From positions 12,648,001 through 12,712,000 of the forward strand of contig JBHGNT010000007.1 in assembly GCA_043228905.1 (NCBI GenBank): a stretch of 64,000 nt of DNA. Direction: 5' to 3'. The position numbers were made by a program, and so were the translations under genes. Positions 12,821-24,400 of the stretch are shown piece by piece. Source of the DNA: Azolla caroliniana (Eukaryota > Plantae > Polypodiophyta). The notes under the pieces are model-generated. The model saw nothing but the letters and a program-made list of their open reading frames with translations. It made no database searches and had not been told where the DNA came from. Position 1 is the stretch's first letter; each line of letters begins with the position of its first letter.

Positions 12821-13294
12821 TGTGTTGGCCGCCTCCGATGACCAAGTGTGAAACGCCGAAGCGGAGCGGACAACCGTGTATGAAATGACGCAGCTGAGCG
12901 GACGAGGGGCACGTAACGGAAAGATGGGTAGGGCCGAGGAGAAAATGCAACGGATGGAAAATAATTATGACAGAGAGTGAGAAAGAGAGTTGTTCGCGTT
13001 TAGTTGTAACCACCGTCCATGCCCCTATATAAAGGGCATGGAAAGCATGTAAAAAGTTAGTCGTAAATTTGTAGACACGCTCAAGTAATATACACTCTTT
13101 TTTGCTCAATCTCTGCATCTGTGTCTATTGTAATTGTGTATATCTGTGCCGTAATCTGTGGCTGAGTTTTCCTCTATGTTGAGCACTCGTACTCTGTGTG
13201 TTGAGTACTATATCCCCTGCTTGCGGAGGCCGCTTGTGCGGAGCTCCACGACCTCCCAGTTACGATGAGCGCCCATTACGACTGTGTTGCAATA

Positions 13295-14600
13295 GGATTC
13301 TTCAAGTTCGAACGCAAGTTGAATCTATTGGCCATCGTATTCTTCCAGCAACTTGGAAATTTCCTCCATATGGTGGCTTGCCAATTCGTAGAAATCCCTT
13401 GACAACTCATCTCTAAAAGAGGTCATGTTCACCGCATCCATCTTAAAAAATCCTTGACCTTGCTTTTTCCTATTTTCGTGGTCGGTTCGCAATAATTGCA
13501 ACTTCACTGCTTGAGCCGACCAGTTCTTCCCGCCTGTTTCCAGAGCCTCTATAATTGCCTGATGCATCTGCCTCGTCTGTTGGTTCAATATGGCTTGTAC
13601 CTTTTCCTCCCCCATAGTAAGTCTAAACCTTAGAGCACTCATTTCATTTTTTAACTCCTCTTGTCGACCTCTTGTGGAGTCGGAGTCGTGCTCAAACAAC
13701 AATTTTTCTTCTGTTACCATGAGTGTGGTTTGCACTTGTTCATATTTATCTGTGAGTTGTTTGTTTGTAGTGTTGAGCCATGTCCTCCTTTTCTGCTTCG
13801 AATCTAGCTGTGTTGTTCACATAATTCCTCCTGTCCTTTAAGAGGCCAGTTGAGATCATCTATTATTCTTTGCATCCTAAAGAATAATAAATGTATTTTG
13901 AGATCCGTGTGTGGATCATTGAGTTGATCAAACTCCTCATTCTAGGTTTGACGCGTGTCCTGGAGTTGTTTTTCGAATGCTTCCATCTGCTGATGCGCCC
14001 TTCGGAGTCGGTCTCTCATCCTTTTCTATTTTGGTGTCCACCTCTTCCATTCGTTTATGGGCCTGGTCGATGACATCTTCTTTTTCTTGGAACTCCTCCC
14101 ATAGTCACTTGTCTGGTACGTGTGTGCACTAGCTTGGTCATACTTTTGGAGTCGTTCTTCCGCTTCCCTTAGTTTCAACTCCACTTGTTGGAGTCGGGCC
14201 ATTAATTCCGCATTGGCTTGATTAGCTTTCGATCACTCTTTTTTCATTAATTCAGATGCCTTTATCCTACTTTTGCATACTTTAGCCATCTCTTTTGCTA
14301 CCTAAGTTGTTTTGGCCAGTTCTTGATGGACTTCGACAACACTGTATGCATATGCATAGGAGGTATTTGAATAGCCATCGTCTTCCGGCTCTATTTCCCC
14401 TAGTATTGTACGTTGGATCATCTCTTGATCCTTATGTTCATATGCTAGTTGATCAGAAGTGAATTGCAAGCATTTGGCTAACCAATCGACGAGCTTGTAT
14501 GATGTGCCAAAACGTAATATGGCCGCTATTTTGTGTGTTGCCGGTGGTATATTAAGAATGGCCAAGACTTCCGTGATGATTTGCCTTTCACTAAGTTGCC
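13295..14600 (-). pseudogene. ORF3 remnant of element B (continues at 2610-2683 across the A insertion)
   Basis: ORFs 14302-14565 and 13325-13735; IPPATHKIAAILRFGTSYKLVDWLA aligns to A IPDTAHEFRALLQFYTTFKLMEFLA; acidic tail EPSDDDQNEDEQED at ~2680. Confidence 0.7.
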
Positions 14601-14779
14601 TATCTATGCATAGTCGACTGGTGTGATGTTGCTACTACTCGTTGATTCAGTGACAAATGACGAGATGACAATAGATGGCCTAAGGCATCTAGACAATTTC
14701 AATATATTTCTCAAGCCCGAGATGAGTCGGAGTCACAAGATGTTCAACAATCATATTACGAAAAAGGGGAAACCAATGG

Positions 14780-15588
14780 ACCGAGTGAACCTATTTGCTA
14801 TATCTGCAGAAAAGACAAGCACTATGTAAATCAATGTCCGACAAAGGAAAAAGGTAAAACCCTAGCAATGAATATGGTAACCGCAAAAGTGCAACAAGTT
14901 ATGACTTGGAGCAAAACCAAGCTGCCCGAGTGGGAAATACAGGAAGCAATTCAGACGGTTGTTAAAGAATGGGTAGACAAAGCAAACAACAACAGCAATG
15001 TCGCTAGAATGTTGCAAGAAAATAAAGAAGTAAACGACACAAGGAATTTGGAGATCCGATTAAAAGAAGATAGTGAAATTGACCAATATCTGGAGGAAAA
15101 CCCAAGAATCATACCATTGTTCGAAATTGATGTAGTGGAAATCATCAGCCCTTACATCAACAATGAGAATCTTGGGATAGCCATCAAGTATATGCGAAAT
15201 CCTTAAAGGATTTGTAGTATCAGCAAGAAGCAATGGAGAAAGAAATGCAAATATCTCAAAGAGTAGAACCTTAAACATTGGAGGAGCTTAATCTTGCAAA
15301 GGAGGGTAGTGAGCAAAAGACACTCCTCATAGCCAAGGATATGTTGTCGAATGACAAATCCGAGTTAGTAAAGTTATTACGCCAATATAAAGATGTGTTT
15401 GCATGGTCATTTGAAGACATGAAAGGGTTTGACCCAACATTTTTTCAGCATCAAATCCACCTTAACAAAGAGGCCAAACCGATTCCGCAACGTCGATATC
15501 AAATGAATCCGAACTACGTAGCTCGCATAAAGGAAGAGATCGACAAATTGTTAAAAGTTAGGTTCATTACGCCAATGAAAAAGGCTAC
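14780..15588 (+). pseudogene. Gypsy gag-end/RT-start fragment (K lineage; protease deleted)
   Basis: MNMVTAKVQQV...EWEIQEAI, YLEENPRIIPLFEIDV, YKDVFAWSFEDMKG...RRYQMNPNY match K. Confidence 0.85.
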
Positions 15589-15686
15589 TGATCCGGCTCT
15601 GGTTCTGAATACCGATCCGGCTCTGGCTTACTTTGTCAATCCGGATATCGATCCAACTCTGGCTTACTCAACCGATCTGGATCAGG
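15589..15686. repeat. Short tandem GATCCGGCTCTGG repeats at a rearrangement junction
   Basis: 3-4 degenerate copies between the gypsy RT and LINE fragments. Confidence 0.6.
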
Positions 15687-15729
15687 TTGAGCTTGTCTGC
15701 TCAACACAAATTATTATAGAACAAGAACA

Positions 15730-16480
15730 CAAAGAGATTACAGCACAAAAATATTGGATACAAGAGGGCATTAGTGAAAGGAGATTAGATAAATTCAGGA
15801 AAATGATATGGCATGGTAGTGGTGACTGCAAGATAATGATGTGCTTATGGCTTATTGCGGATAGAGCCTTGCTGGTAGACCCTACATGGCAAAGGTCCCA
15901 ATGTAGACCCCAGATGTAGTGCATGTGGATAGCTGGAAAGCATTCCCCATTGTCTAAGGGAATGTTGCGAGGCAACAGTTGTATGGGGAAGGGCCTTACA
16001 ATTGCTATGTCATGCCTCTAGCTCATTTACCCTCAAATGGGGACATGCTTGTTGGAACTGTCTTGATGATGATGTAGAGAAATATGATAGCACATGCAAA
16101 GTAATGTACATAGGGGAGAATGAAACTATTTGGCTGATTACTGATAACATGGTACCTATAGTTATTGCACAGAAACAGAAAATTGGAGCTCTATGGATGT
16201 TGCTTGCACCCATTGTCATATGGTGCATATGGATAGGATGATGTACCACGGTATTTTTAGCAAACATACGGCCTCCTGTTGAATCTATTAGCTAATATGG
16301 CACACACCGATAACTACATTGAGGGCGCAATATGAGCGGATTGATGGAACTGATGATGCTTCAGAACTAATGAGGTTAAATTTCAAAAAACGTTGGTGTA
16401 CTACATCGATGGCTACAGAAAATGGAATGGATATATGATGGTAGTATGTGGTGCCTTGATGGTTTTTCCCCCCTCCCAAT
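15730..16480 (+). pseudogene. LINE (L1-like) ORF2 C-terminal zf-RVT fragment
   Basis: KFRKMIW...KIMMCLWLIADRAL...CSACG*LESIPHCLREC...VVW and later PIVIWCIW resemble the plant L1 zf-RVT region. Confidence 0.65.
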
Positions 16481-19171
16481 AGTTGAAAGAGGAGCATGAA
16501 CGAGATGAGATACATAGAAAATAGACATGTCGGCAATTGAATGCAGATGATGTGTATGGATAGTGGGTGGATAATTAAGAAATAGATATAACCAAGTATA
16601 GATCAGTTAGAGACAAATGCGAAAGTGTAAGATAAATATGAGAGGTCTCCCAAATGTAAGTAGACGTTTGGTCGAGTTTTTGTACAATCAACACCAAGTA
16701 TATAGTAGCTGACGAATCTACAATATGTTGGATAACAGGTCCCTTCGGATGGGAAGTGGATCTTGAATTGAGGAAAAGGGGAGAACCGATTCCCATGGAG
16801 TCGATGAGTATTTCGGAAATCGAAATCGAAGGATTGATTTTATGACCGATTCGGGAGACTATATTTATAAATAGTCTAAATGTGCCCCTTGTGGGCTATG
16901 TATGTAAATAGCCAGAAAGTTGTATAAGTATATATACAACTAGGGCAAACTTTATGGGTGTTGATCATTATTGTTATATAGTTAGAGAATGTAGTTGCCT
17001 CTGTAACTTGTTGGAGAGAGAGAGTGTGTGTAAGAGTGTGCGTAACTTTGCAGTCGTCGATCTAACGAAGGAGAACTCATAGGTCTTTGCTTTGAGATTC
17101 TGACTATTGTATTTCCTCTCGATTAAAGTGATTCTGTTTCTCAGGGTTTGTGGACCCCCATGGGTTTTCCCCGTCGGGTCTTCCACGTAAAAGATCTTGT
17201 GTCTCTCTACTTGTCTTTTCTGCCCTTTTTTTTTTTTTCTATCTGTGCACTATCTATCTCGATTCTTTGCATCCAAACATTCGAAGTACAACCGGTTGTG
17301 GCTGGTTACGATCCTAACAAAGTGGTATCAAAGTGATGGATGAACACTTCAGTGGAATGTTCAAGTTTGCCAGCTCCAACTACTCAGTGTGGAAGTCGAA
17401 GATGCGAGATATGCTCGTATGCAAAGACATGTGGCTATCAGTGCAATACGGCAAGACGAAGCTAGACAAGATCGATGCATCGACTTGGGAAGTCATGTAT
17501 CTGAAGTTGGTTGCATATATAAGGTGTTTTATATACATGAGTTTATACAACAACTTTGATGAAGAGACAAGTGCCGACGTCCTTTGGAAGAAGATTGCGT
17601 GATGTTCGAAAACAATAACGCAGTTAACAGAGTCTCCATTTTCAGAAAAAATGTGAGACTAGGATATGAAGACGACTCCAACATAGCGGAGCACATTAAT
17701 GCCTTCCAAGGATTGATGAATCAAACCACCTCTCTAGAAGTACCTCTGGCCGACGAGGTATTAGCACTGTTGGTGTTGGGATCCCTTCCGTACAGCTGGG
17801 AAACGCTAGTTGTGACATTAGGCAACGCAGGACCGGAAGGGAAACACTTATCCCTAGAGCAGGTGAAGTCGAGCTTACTAAACGAGGAAGCTCGCTGGAA
17901 GGACCGAGAGTCTCCGACCCAAAGGTCTTAGTCACGGAAAGTCACACGAATCGAAGAAGAGGCCGAAATCAAAGTCCCCAGAATCGAGATAAGCCGGGGA
18001 TAAGGTTGAAGTCGAGGGGAAGGCCCACATGCTTCTATTGTGGGAAGTCAGGGCACTTCCAAAAGAACTGCTGACACTTTAGAAAGGAGAAAGGGGGAGT
18101 TGATGGGGTAGAGTCGAAGAAAATCCCGGACAAAAAGAACACCATGAGTGAAGAGGAGTTGTTGTTCATTAGTGAACAAAATGAGGTCAATCTCGCTGGC
18201 GAAGAATCGACATGGGTGGTCAATTCGGGTGCATCGTTTCCCCGACCGAAAGTGCGTCTCATCATACAAAGCCAGAGACCATAGACTTGTAAAAATGGGA
18301 AATGAAGGAGCATGCCGAATTGTCGGCATTGGAGATGTGTGTTTGGTAACCTCAACTGGGTGTAGGCTAGTGTTGAAGTATGTTCGACACATTCTGGAAG
18401 TCTGATTATATCTGATATCAACCGGTCGACTAGATGATGAAGGCTACATGGGTAGCATCTGGAACAGAGTCATGAAGTTCTGCAAGGGAAACATAATCGT
18501 GGTTCGAGCCTAGAAAACCAACACATTGTACTTAATGCATGCTCGATTATGTCAGGAGAAAGTCAATGTGGCAGTGGACCCAACAGGTGAGCTATGACAC
18601 AAGCAGCTATGTCACATGAGCCAGAAGGGGATGCGATAGCTTGCCAAGGTAACCTCATTCCGGAGGTGAAGAATGTGCAACTTGAGAAGTGCACAAATTG
18701 CTTAGCCGGCAAGCAGAATAGAACTTCCTTCCAAACAAGGCCTCTGATGAGGAAGAAAAGGCCATTGGAACTCGTGCATACCGACGTATGCTACGTGGAC
18801 ACAAAGTCTCAATGGTTCACAGTATTTCATGACCTTCATAGACGATTGTAGCCGGAAGTTGTGGGCTTCTATGCTGAAGATGAAGGACCAGGTGTTAGCC
18901 GTCTTCAAAGAGTTCCACGCAAGGGCCAAAAGAGAAACTGGCCGAAAGCTTAAAGTTGTTTGAGCCGACAACGGTGGTCAATACCAAGTGCAGTTCGAGG
19001 AATACTGCCGAACGCAAAGAATCCGGCTCGAGTATAACGTGCCGAAGACGCTAGAGCTTAGTGGGATGGCCAAGAGAACGAAGCGAACTGTAATGGAGAG
19101 GGTCCGAAGTATGCTTGCTCATACAAAGTTACCGAAAACATTATGGGTTGAGGCGCTGATGACGGCAGCGT

Positions 19172-19839
19172 CGTCGTGCCTTTCGGCGCTAGATCATTGT
19201 GTGATTCGGGTGGGAACTGTTGGGGTCTTGGACTAGGAGGTTGGATAATTCAAGGAAAAAAAAGAATGTGAATAGGTTGTAAGTAAAAGATATAAAAAAC
19301 TCGTGAATCCCATAGGTATAGTGTATTAATCGACACTTAGATAAGAATATGAATTTAGATAAAAGGAAAGAAATAGATGGCCAATTCGTGAATCCCACGA
19401 ATATAATATATTAATCAACCCTTCAAAAAAATCAACAACCCCTATACATCTTTCTCTCTTCCTTATATAGTGATGGAAGAGTCTAAGTTTATCACATGCA
19501 AGCATCATGCTTTTTCTAACTTTAGTTTTCATGGACACTACATGTGCATGATTAGCTTTCTATCACATATTTTCTTTTAACTCGAGTGTGTATGCATGAA
19601 TAATTTTTTCTATCATGCTTATCTAGAATATTTACATGGGATAAAGTTTAGTATAATTTTAAAACTTATAATATGCTAGTATAGTGGTAAGGCTTAAAAT
19701 CGTTAACATGGAGGTACAGGGTTCAAATCTTGCCCTATGCACGTAACATAATTATTGTAGTATTTCTCTTATTTCTTTATACTTAGTCAATCGAGTACTC
19801 TACACATATTTTACGTAGTGTACAAAGTACACCACGACA
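19172..19839 (-). repeat. Solo LTR of the D (tRNA-Trp-primed gypsy) family
   Basis: Reverse complement of 27163-27818; flanked by GCGT/ACGT; host integrase frame resumes. Confidence 0.9.
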
Positions 19840-20150
19840 ACGTATATGATAAACCGATAACCCTAAGTACCCTTGGATAGTGATATTCCACAAAGGGTGT
19901 GGGGCGGCAAAGACGTTTCATACCAACACTTGAAGGTGTTTGGTTGTCTTGCCTATGTGCATGTTGGAAAGGACCAGAGGGGGAAGCTGGACCCGAAATC
20001 TCAGCCATGTATATTTCTCAGCGATGGCTACGACTACGACGAATTCAGCTATCGACTATGGGACTTAGCCGAGAAGAAGGTGATTAGGAGCCGAGACATC
20101 ATCTTCATGGAAGAGAAGATGATTCGATTGGGAGATTGAGAATAAGTCTC

Positions 20151-20532
20151 TGTTGAGAATCAAGCTCAACTTGGTCTAGTGTGTGAACTCACCTTGAGAG
20201 TGAAGAGACACTCCAACGGTCAAGAGTCACCATTATGTCACCACTTTGTATTCTAGCATTTAGTATGAGTCATAGAATCATATTCTATGACACATAACTT
20301 ATGAGCTTTCACATTCCCCATGCTCCATGAGGCTTGTAGTTAATGAAGAGAGAGGGTGACTACATAAAGCACCCTCCTCCCACCTTGTATAATGTTAAGT
20401 CTTTCTCCTTTGTCAATATACTTTTACCTTGCGTATTTCTTCTCTCTCTCTCACTCTCTCTCTCTCTCTCATACACACACATAACACATATCTCTTCCCT
20501 CTTCACAAGAATCCATCTCTTGATTCTTTACA
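20151..20532 (+). repeat. Solo LTR (copia-like, TGTTGAGA...TTTACA)
   Basis: Perfect 5-bp TSD GTCTC on both sides. Confidence 0.9.
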
Positions 20533-21418
20533 GTCTCCAACTACCGAATCAAACCGATTTAATGCTCCACCGAATCAAGTAGAAGAAAATTTGATCAAAA
20601 TTGAATCCGAACCAATCGGTTCATTAAATACTCAGAAAAATCGAGAACCGATTGGAGAACAAGGGGAACTAGCCAAACTTGGAACCGAATTTGAGTCGGC
20701 CGAACAAGTCGAAGAAGAACCGACTATGCCGAATGGAGGCAGAAGATATCCCCTCAGAGAGAGAAGCCCCCCACCCCCTCCCCGACAGATATTCAGATGA
20801 AGAACATGTGCTAATAACAGATGAGGGGGAGCCGGAAATCTTTGACGAAGCTAAGAATGACACCCACATCCGAAAGTGGTTAAGTGTCATGCAAGAGGAG
20901 ATGGATTCCTTGCATGAGAACCACACATACGAATTGACCGAGTTGTTGAAAGGGAAGAAGGCACTTCGGAACAAGTGGGTATACAAACTGAAACCGGGAG
21001 ATGGCTGGAATCCACCCAGATATAAAGCCCGAATCGTGGTGAAAGGCTTCCAACAAAAGAAGGGTGTGGATTTCAAAGAGATATTTGCCCCGGTGGTGAA
21101 GATGACATCAATCGAAACAATGTTGAGCATAGTGACCAGTATGGATCTCGAAGTCGAGCAACTAGACGTCAAGACTGCTTTCCTCCATGGAGATTTGGAG
21201 GAAAAGATATACATGCACCAGCTGGAAGGATTCGTGAACAAAGACAAAGATAAGCTGGTACGTCGATTGAGAAAGAGCATGTATCGGCTGAAGCAAGCAC
21301 CTCAACAATGGTTCCGGAAGTTCGAATCCTTCATGGTGGATCACGGTTTCGGCAAGACACAAGATGATCATTGCATCTTTGTCAAGAAGTATGATGGAGG
21401 AGATTATCTCATCCTCAT

Positions 21419-24400
21419 TGTTGAGAGACAAGCTCAACATTGGGAGCGTAAACGGGTGTGTAGCCCAGTGCATAGAATGGGCGCGTAAAACCGTATGCAA
21501 AATATGGTTGTAGCAGTATGTAAACCAAGAGGCCGTTAGAATGTTATTCCTCGTAAGGAATAATTTTGGGGGTAAGTGTAGGATGTTCATTTATCAGCAG
21601 TTCGGTACTGTAAGTACTTGTATCAGCCTGATAGTTAAGGCTTGTATAAAAGGTGCTCACTGAGCACCAAGTATGTACAGAGAACATATAAAGAATTATT
21701 TTGAATATAGTTACGTTTCTGCTCTCTCTCTCTCTCCCTCTCCTTCTCTGTGATGTCTATGTTCTATCGAACCGTGTACTAATTGTCTTACGCATACGAT
21801 TCCGCACACATATTCTTTTACATGGTATCAGAGCGCGAGGGTTGAGACTTCTCTACAGCTGATAGAAAAGCTTGTGATAAAGACCAAGTTAAGATATTGT
21901 TTTTTCGGAAAGGATAAGACAACAATATGGATAGAGGAATGGGAAGCTCGCTACCGACTGAGAAGTTCGATAGGAGCATCTATGCATCTTGATCGGTTTA
22001 AGGTTTAGGGTTTAGGAGCAAGATGTTGTACACGGAGGAAGATAGGCCCCATAGTCGTGGCGGATCGGCTCGCAATGGAGGTGGTCGAAAAGAGCAGAAC
22101 GTGCGGCATAATCGAAATGCCGAAAGCAATTCCGAACCCTCCAGAAGCAGGGGGAGTCACAGCGGTGCAAGAAGTCAGCAAGAGAAGGCGCCAACGGAAT
22201 GCGAGTACTGTGGCAAGAAAGGCCACAGGGTGTCATGATATGGCAAGACTCAAACCCATGACCTTCTGTTATATGGGTCGAGCTGTTGACCATTATACCA
22301 TCTATTGTAATACGTAAAATATTATTTTCATTTAAGTTGTATTATAGGAAATTAATGTATATTCCAAATTTCTCTAGAACATTCTAGAACTAATTCTCTC
22401 TCTGTTTTAGTAGTATTCTTGACACAGGGAAAGTGAGTGCTAGAAGAAGAGAGCCGATTCGGACAAAGCCAAATTGAGTGGAAGAGATGTAGCAAGGCGT
22501 CAGAAATCGCACTACGGCGAAGGCTCCAAACGAGCCGGAAATGGATCGGGCCCAACCTTCGTCATGAAGCACAAGGCCAATTCGATGGCCGTGAACACCT
22601 TGAAATCGAGCAAGGTGTGGTATGTTGATTCCGGAGCGTCAATTCCTATGACGAGTCATGAGGAATGGTTCTCGTACTTGGAGAAACCGGAAAATCAAGG
22701 AGTGGTCGAAACAAGAGACGACACTCCGCATACCATTGAACATGTCGGAGAAGTTCCTCTCAGCCATGTCGGGACAAAAAGGAAACTTATGAACGTGTTG
22801 CGCTTCCCAACAATAACCAAGAACCTGGTGTCGGTCAGTCAGATCGTCAACCAAGGGATGCAAGTTCAATTCACGCACCTCGGGTGCTACATCGAAGAGG
22901 AAGGCCAAGTTATCGCGCAAGGGCACCGTGAAAGGAGGATGTTCATCCTCGACACCAAGCTGGAAGCACTTTGTTCGTGAATGGACAGAAGGTCGAATCA
23001 AACATCGACCTGTGGCACAAGCGGTTCAGCCATGTTAACTTCCCACGGCTTCGTGAAATGCAGATGAAGAACATTGTTTTCAGCTTGCCCAAATTTTGGG
23101 GCCGTAATGGCCAAGTCTGCGAAGCCTGCCAACTCAGGTAGCAGCACCGACTTCCATTCCCCAATGAGTGTAATCGTAGTCGAAATCCACTGGATTTGAT
23201 CCATTGTGTTGTGTGGGGACCGACATAGAATGTGAGTCTCAGTGGAAGCCGTTACTTCGTAACCTTCATCGATGACTTCACTCGGCATACTTTGGCGTGC
23301 TTGATCGCGAAAAAGAGCGAAGTCTTCGCGTGGTTCCTAAAGATGAAAAACCTTGCAGAAAGGGAAACAAGGCGTAAGATCAAGTGCCTACGGTCTGATG
23401 GCGAGAAGGAGTACTTCTCCGACCAGTTCACTAGTTATCTACAGAAGGAGGGAATTCGACGCGAATTCTGGTGTAGATATACGCCGGAGTAGAACGGCCC
23501 GAGTGGAGGAATTAGATGATCGAAGAAGCTGCCAGGGCAATGCTTGAAGAGATGCATATACCAAAGTTTTACTGGGTTGAAGCCGTAAGGACGGTTGTTT
23601 ATTTGCATAATCGGACTTCCGCTAATGGAGGAGTGTCGCCACACGAGCTGTATTTTGGAAAGAAGTCGAACTTGGCACATTTGAGGATTTTCGGTAGCAT
23701 TGCGTATGTGCATGTGCCGAAGGAGAATAGGAGGAAGCTGGATGCCAAAGCCAAGAAGTGTATCTTGATCGGCTATTCAGACCAGCAGAAGGGGTATAAG
23801 TGCTATAACCCCCGAACAAAGGAAGTTTGCCAAAGTCGAGATGTCGTATTCAACGAGTCCGCTTCGTGGTACTTGCCTTCACCTCCAATACCTCCTGATT
23901 CCATTCCGAATTCTAAAGAAGAGGTCAACGAGGCTGAGATGCCTCCTCCGCGTGATGAGGAAATCGGATATCTGAAAGAAAGTCCGATATCATTTCGGCT
24001 AAGTGGTCCGAAGGAGGGGTTGGGCCGAGATGTCCAACCAAATGAAGAGTCGGTGAGTAGTGGAGACTCAGCCGTGTTGTCCTCGCGTAAAGAACCGAGG
24101 ACACGGTTTACATGTAAAGAAAAAAGGAAGAAGAAAATGTTAGATTACGATTTCGGTAGTGCCAAGTCAGATCAGAGTGAATCTGACTTCGGGCCAATCG
24201 AGAACGATCCTCCACGGAAGGGGTCGAAATCGACACAAAAGGTCGTGAAATCGGGTAATCACAAATTACACCGATTTACCCACCTGAAGAACCCCATAAA
24301 GAGGTATGGGTACAATGAATACATGGCACATCATTATGCATACATGACGCGAGTGGCAAAAGTGCGTGAGCCGGAGAGCTACGCAGAAGCGGCGGAAGAC

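Larger units (their letters stand above)
2684..13294 (+). mobile_element. Degenerate Ty3/gypsy element A (LTRs 2684-3169 and 12823-13294), same lineage as K, with extra ORF3
   Basis: Two homologous ~480-bp LTRs with CCTATATAAAGG; gag/PR/RH/INT remnants match K; splits the minus-strand ORF of B; TSD only degenerate (GGCTC vs GGATT). Confidence 0.9.
16726..21418 (+). mobile_element. Copia element C1 (5' LTR 16726-17319, Met PBS 17323-17333, degenerate gag-pol from 17336); 3' part displaced by element I
   Basis: LTR start TGTTGGATAACAGGTCCCT matches the LTRs of H and E; TGGTATCAAAG; gag, GAG-pre-integrase, INT and RT motifs (RYKARIVVKGF, QLDVKTAFLHG). Confidence 0.9.

Noticed and set aside
14780-15588. 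This + strand gag/RT as the coding region of element B
   Set aside because: B's ORF3, TATA and motif are all minus-strand; the fragment is more likely a separate or inverted piece
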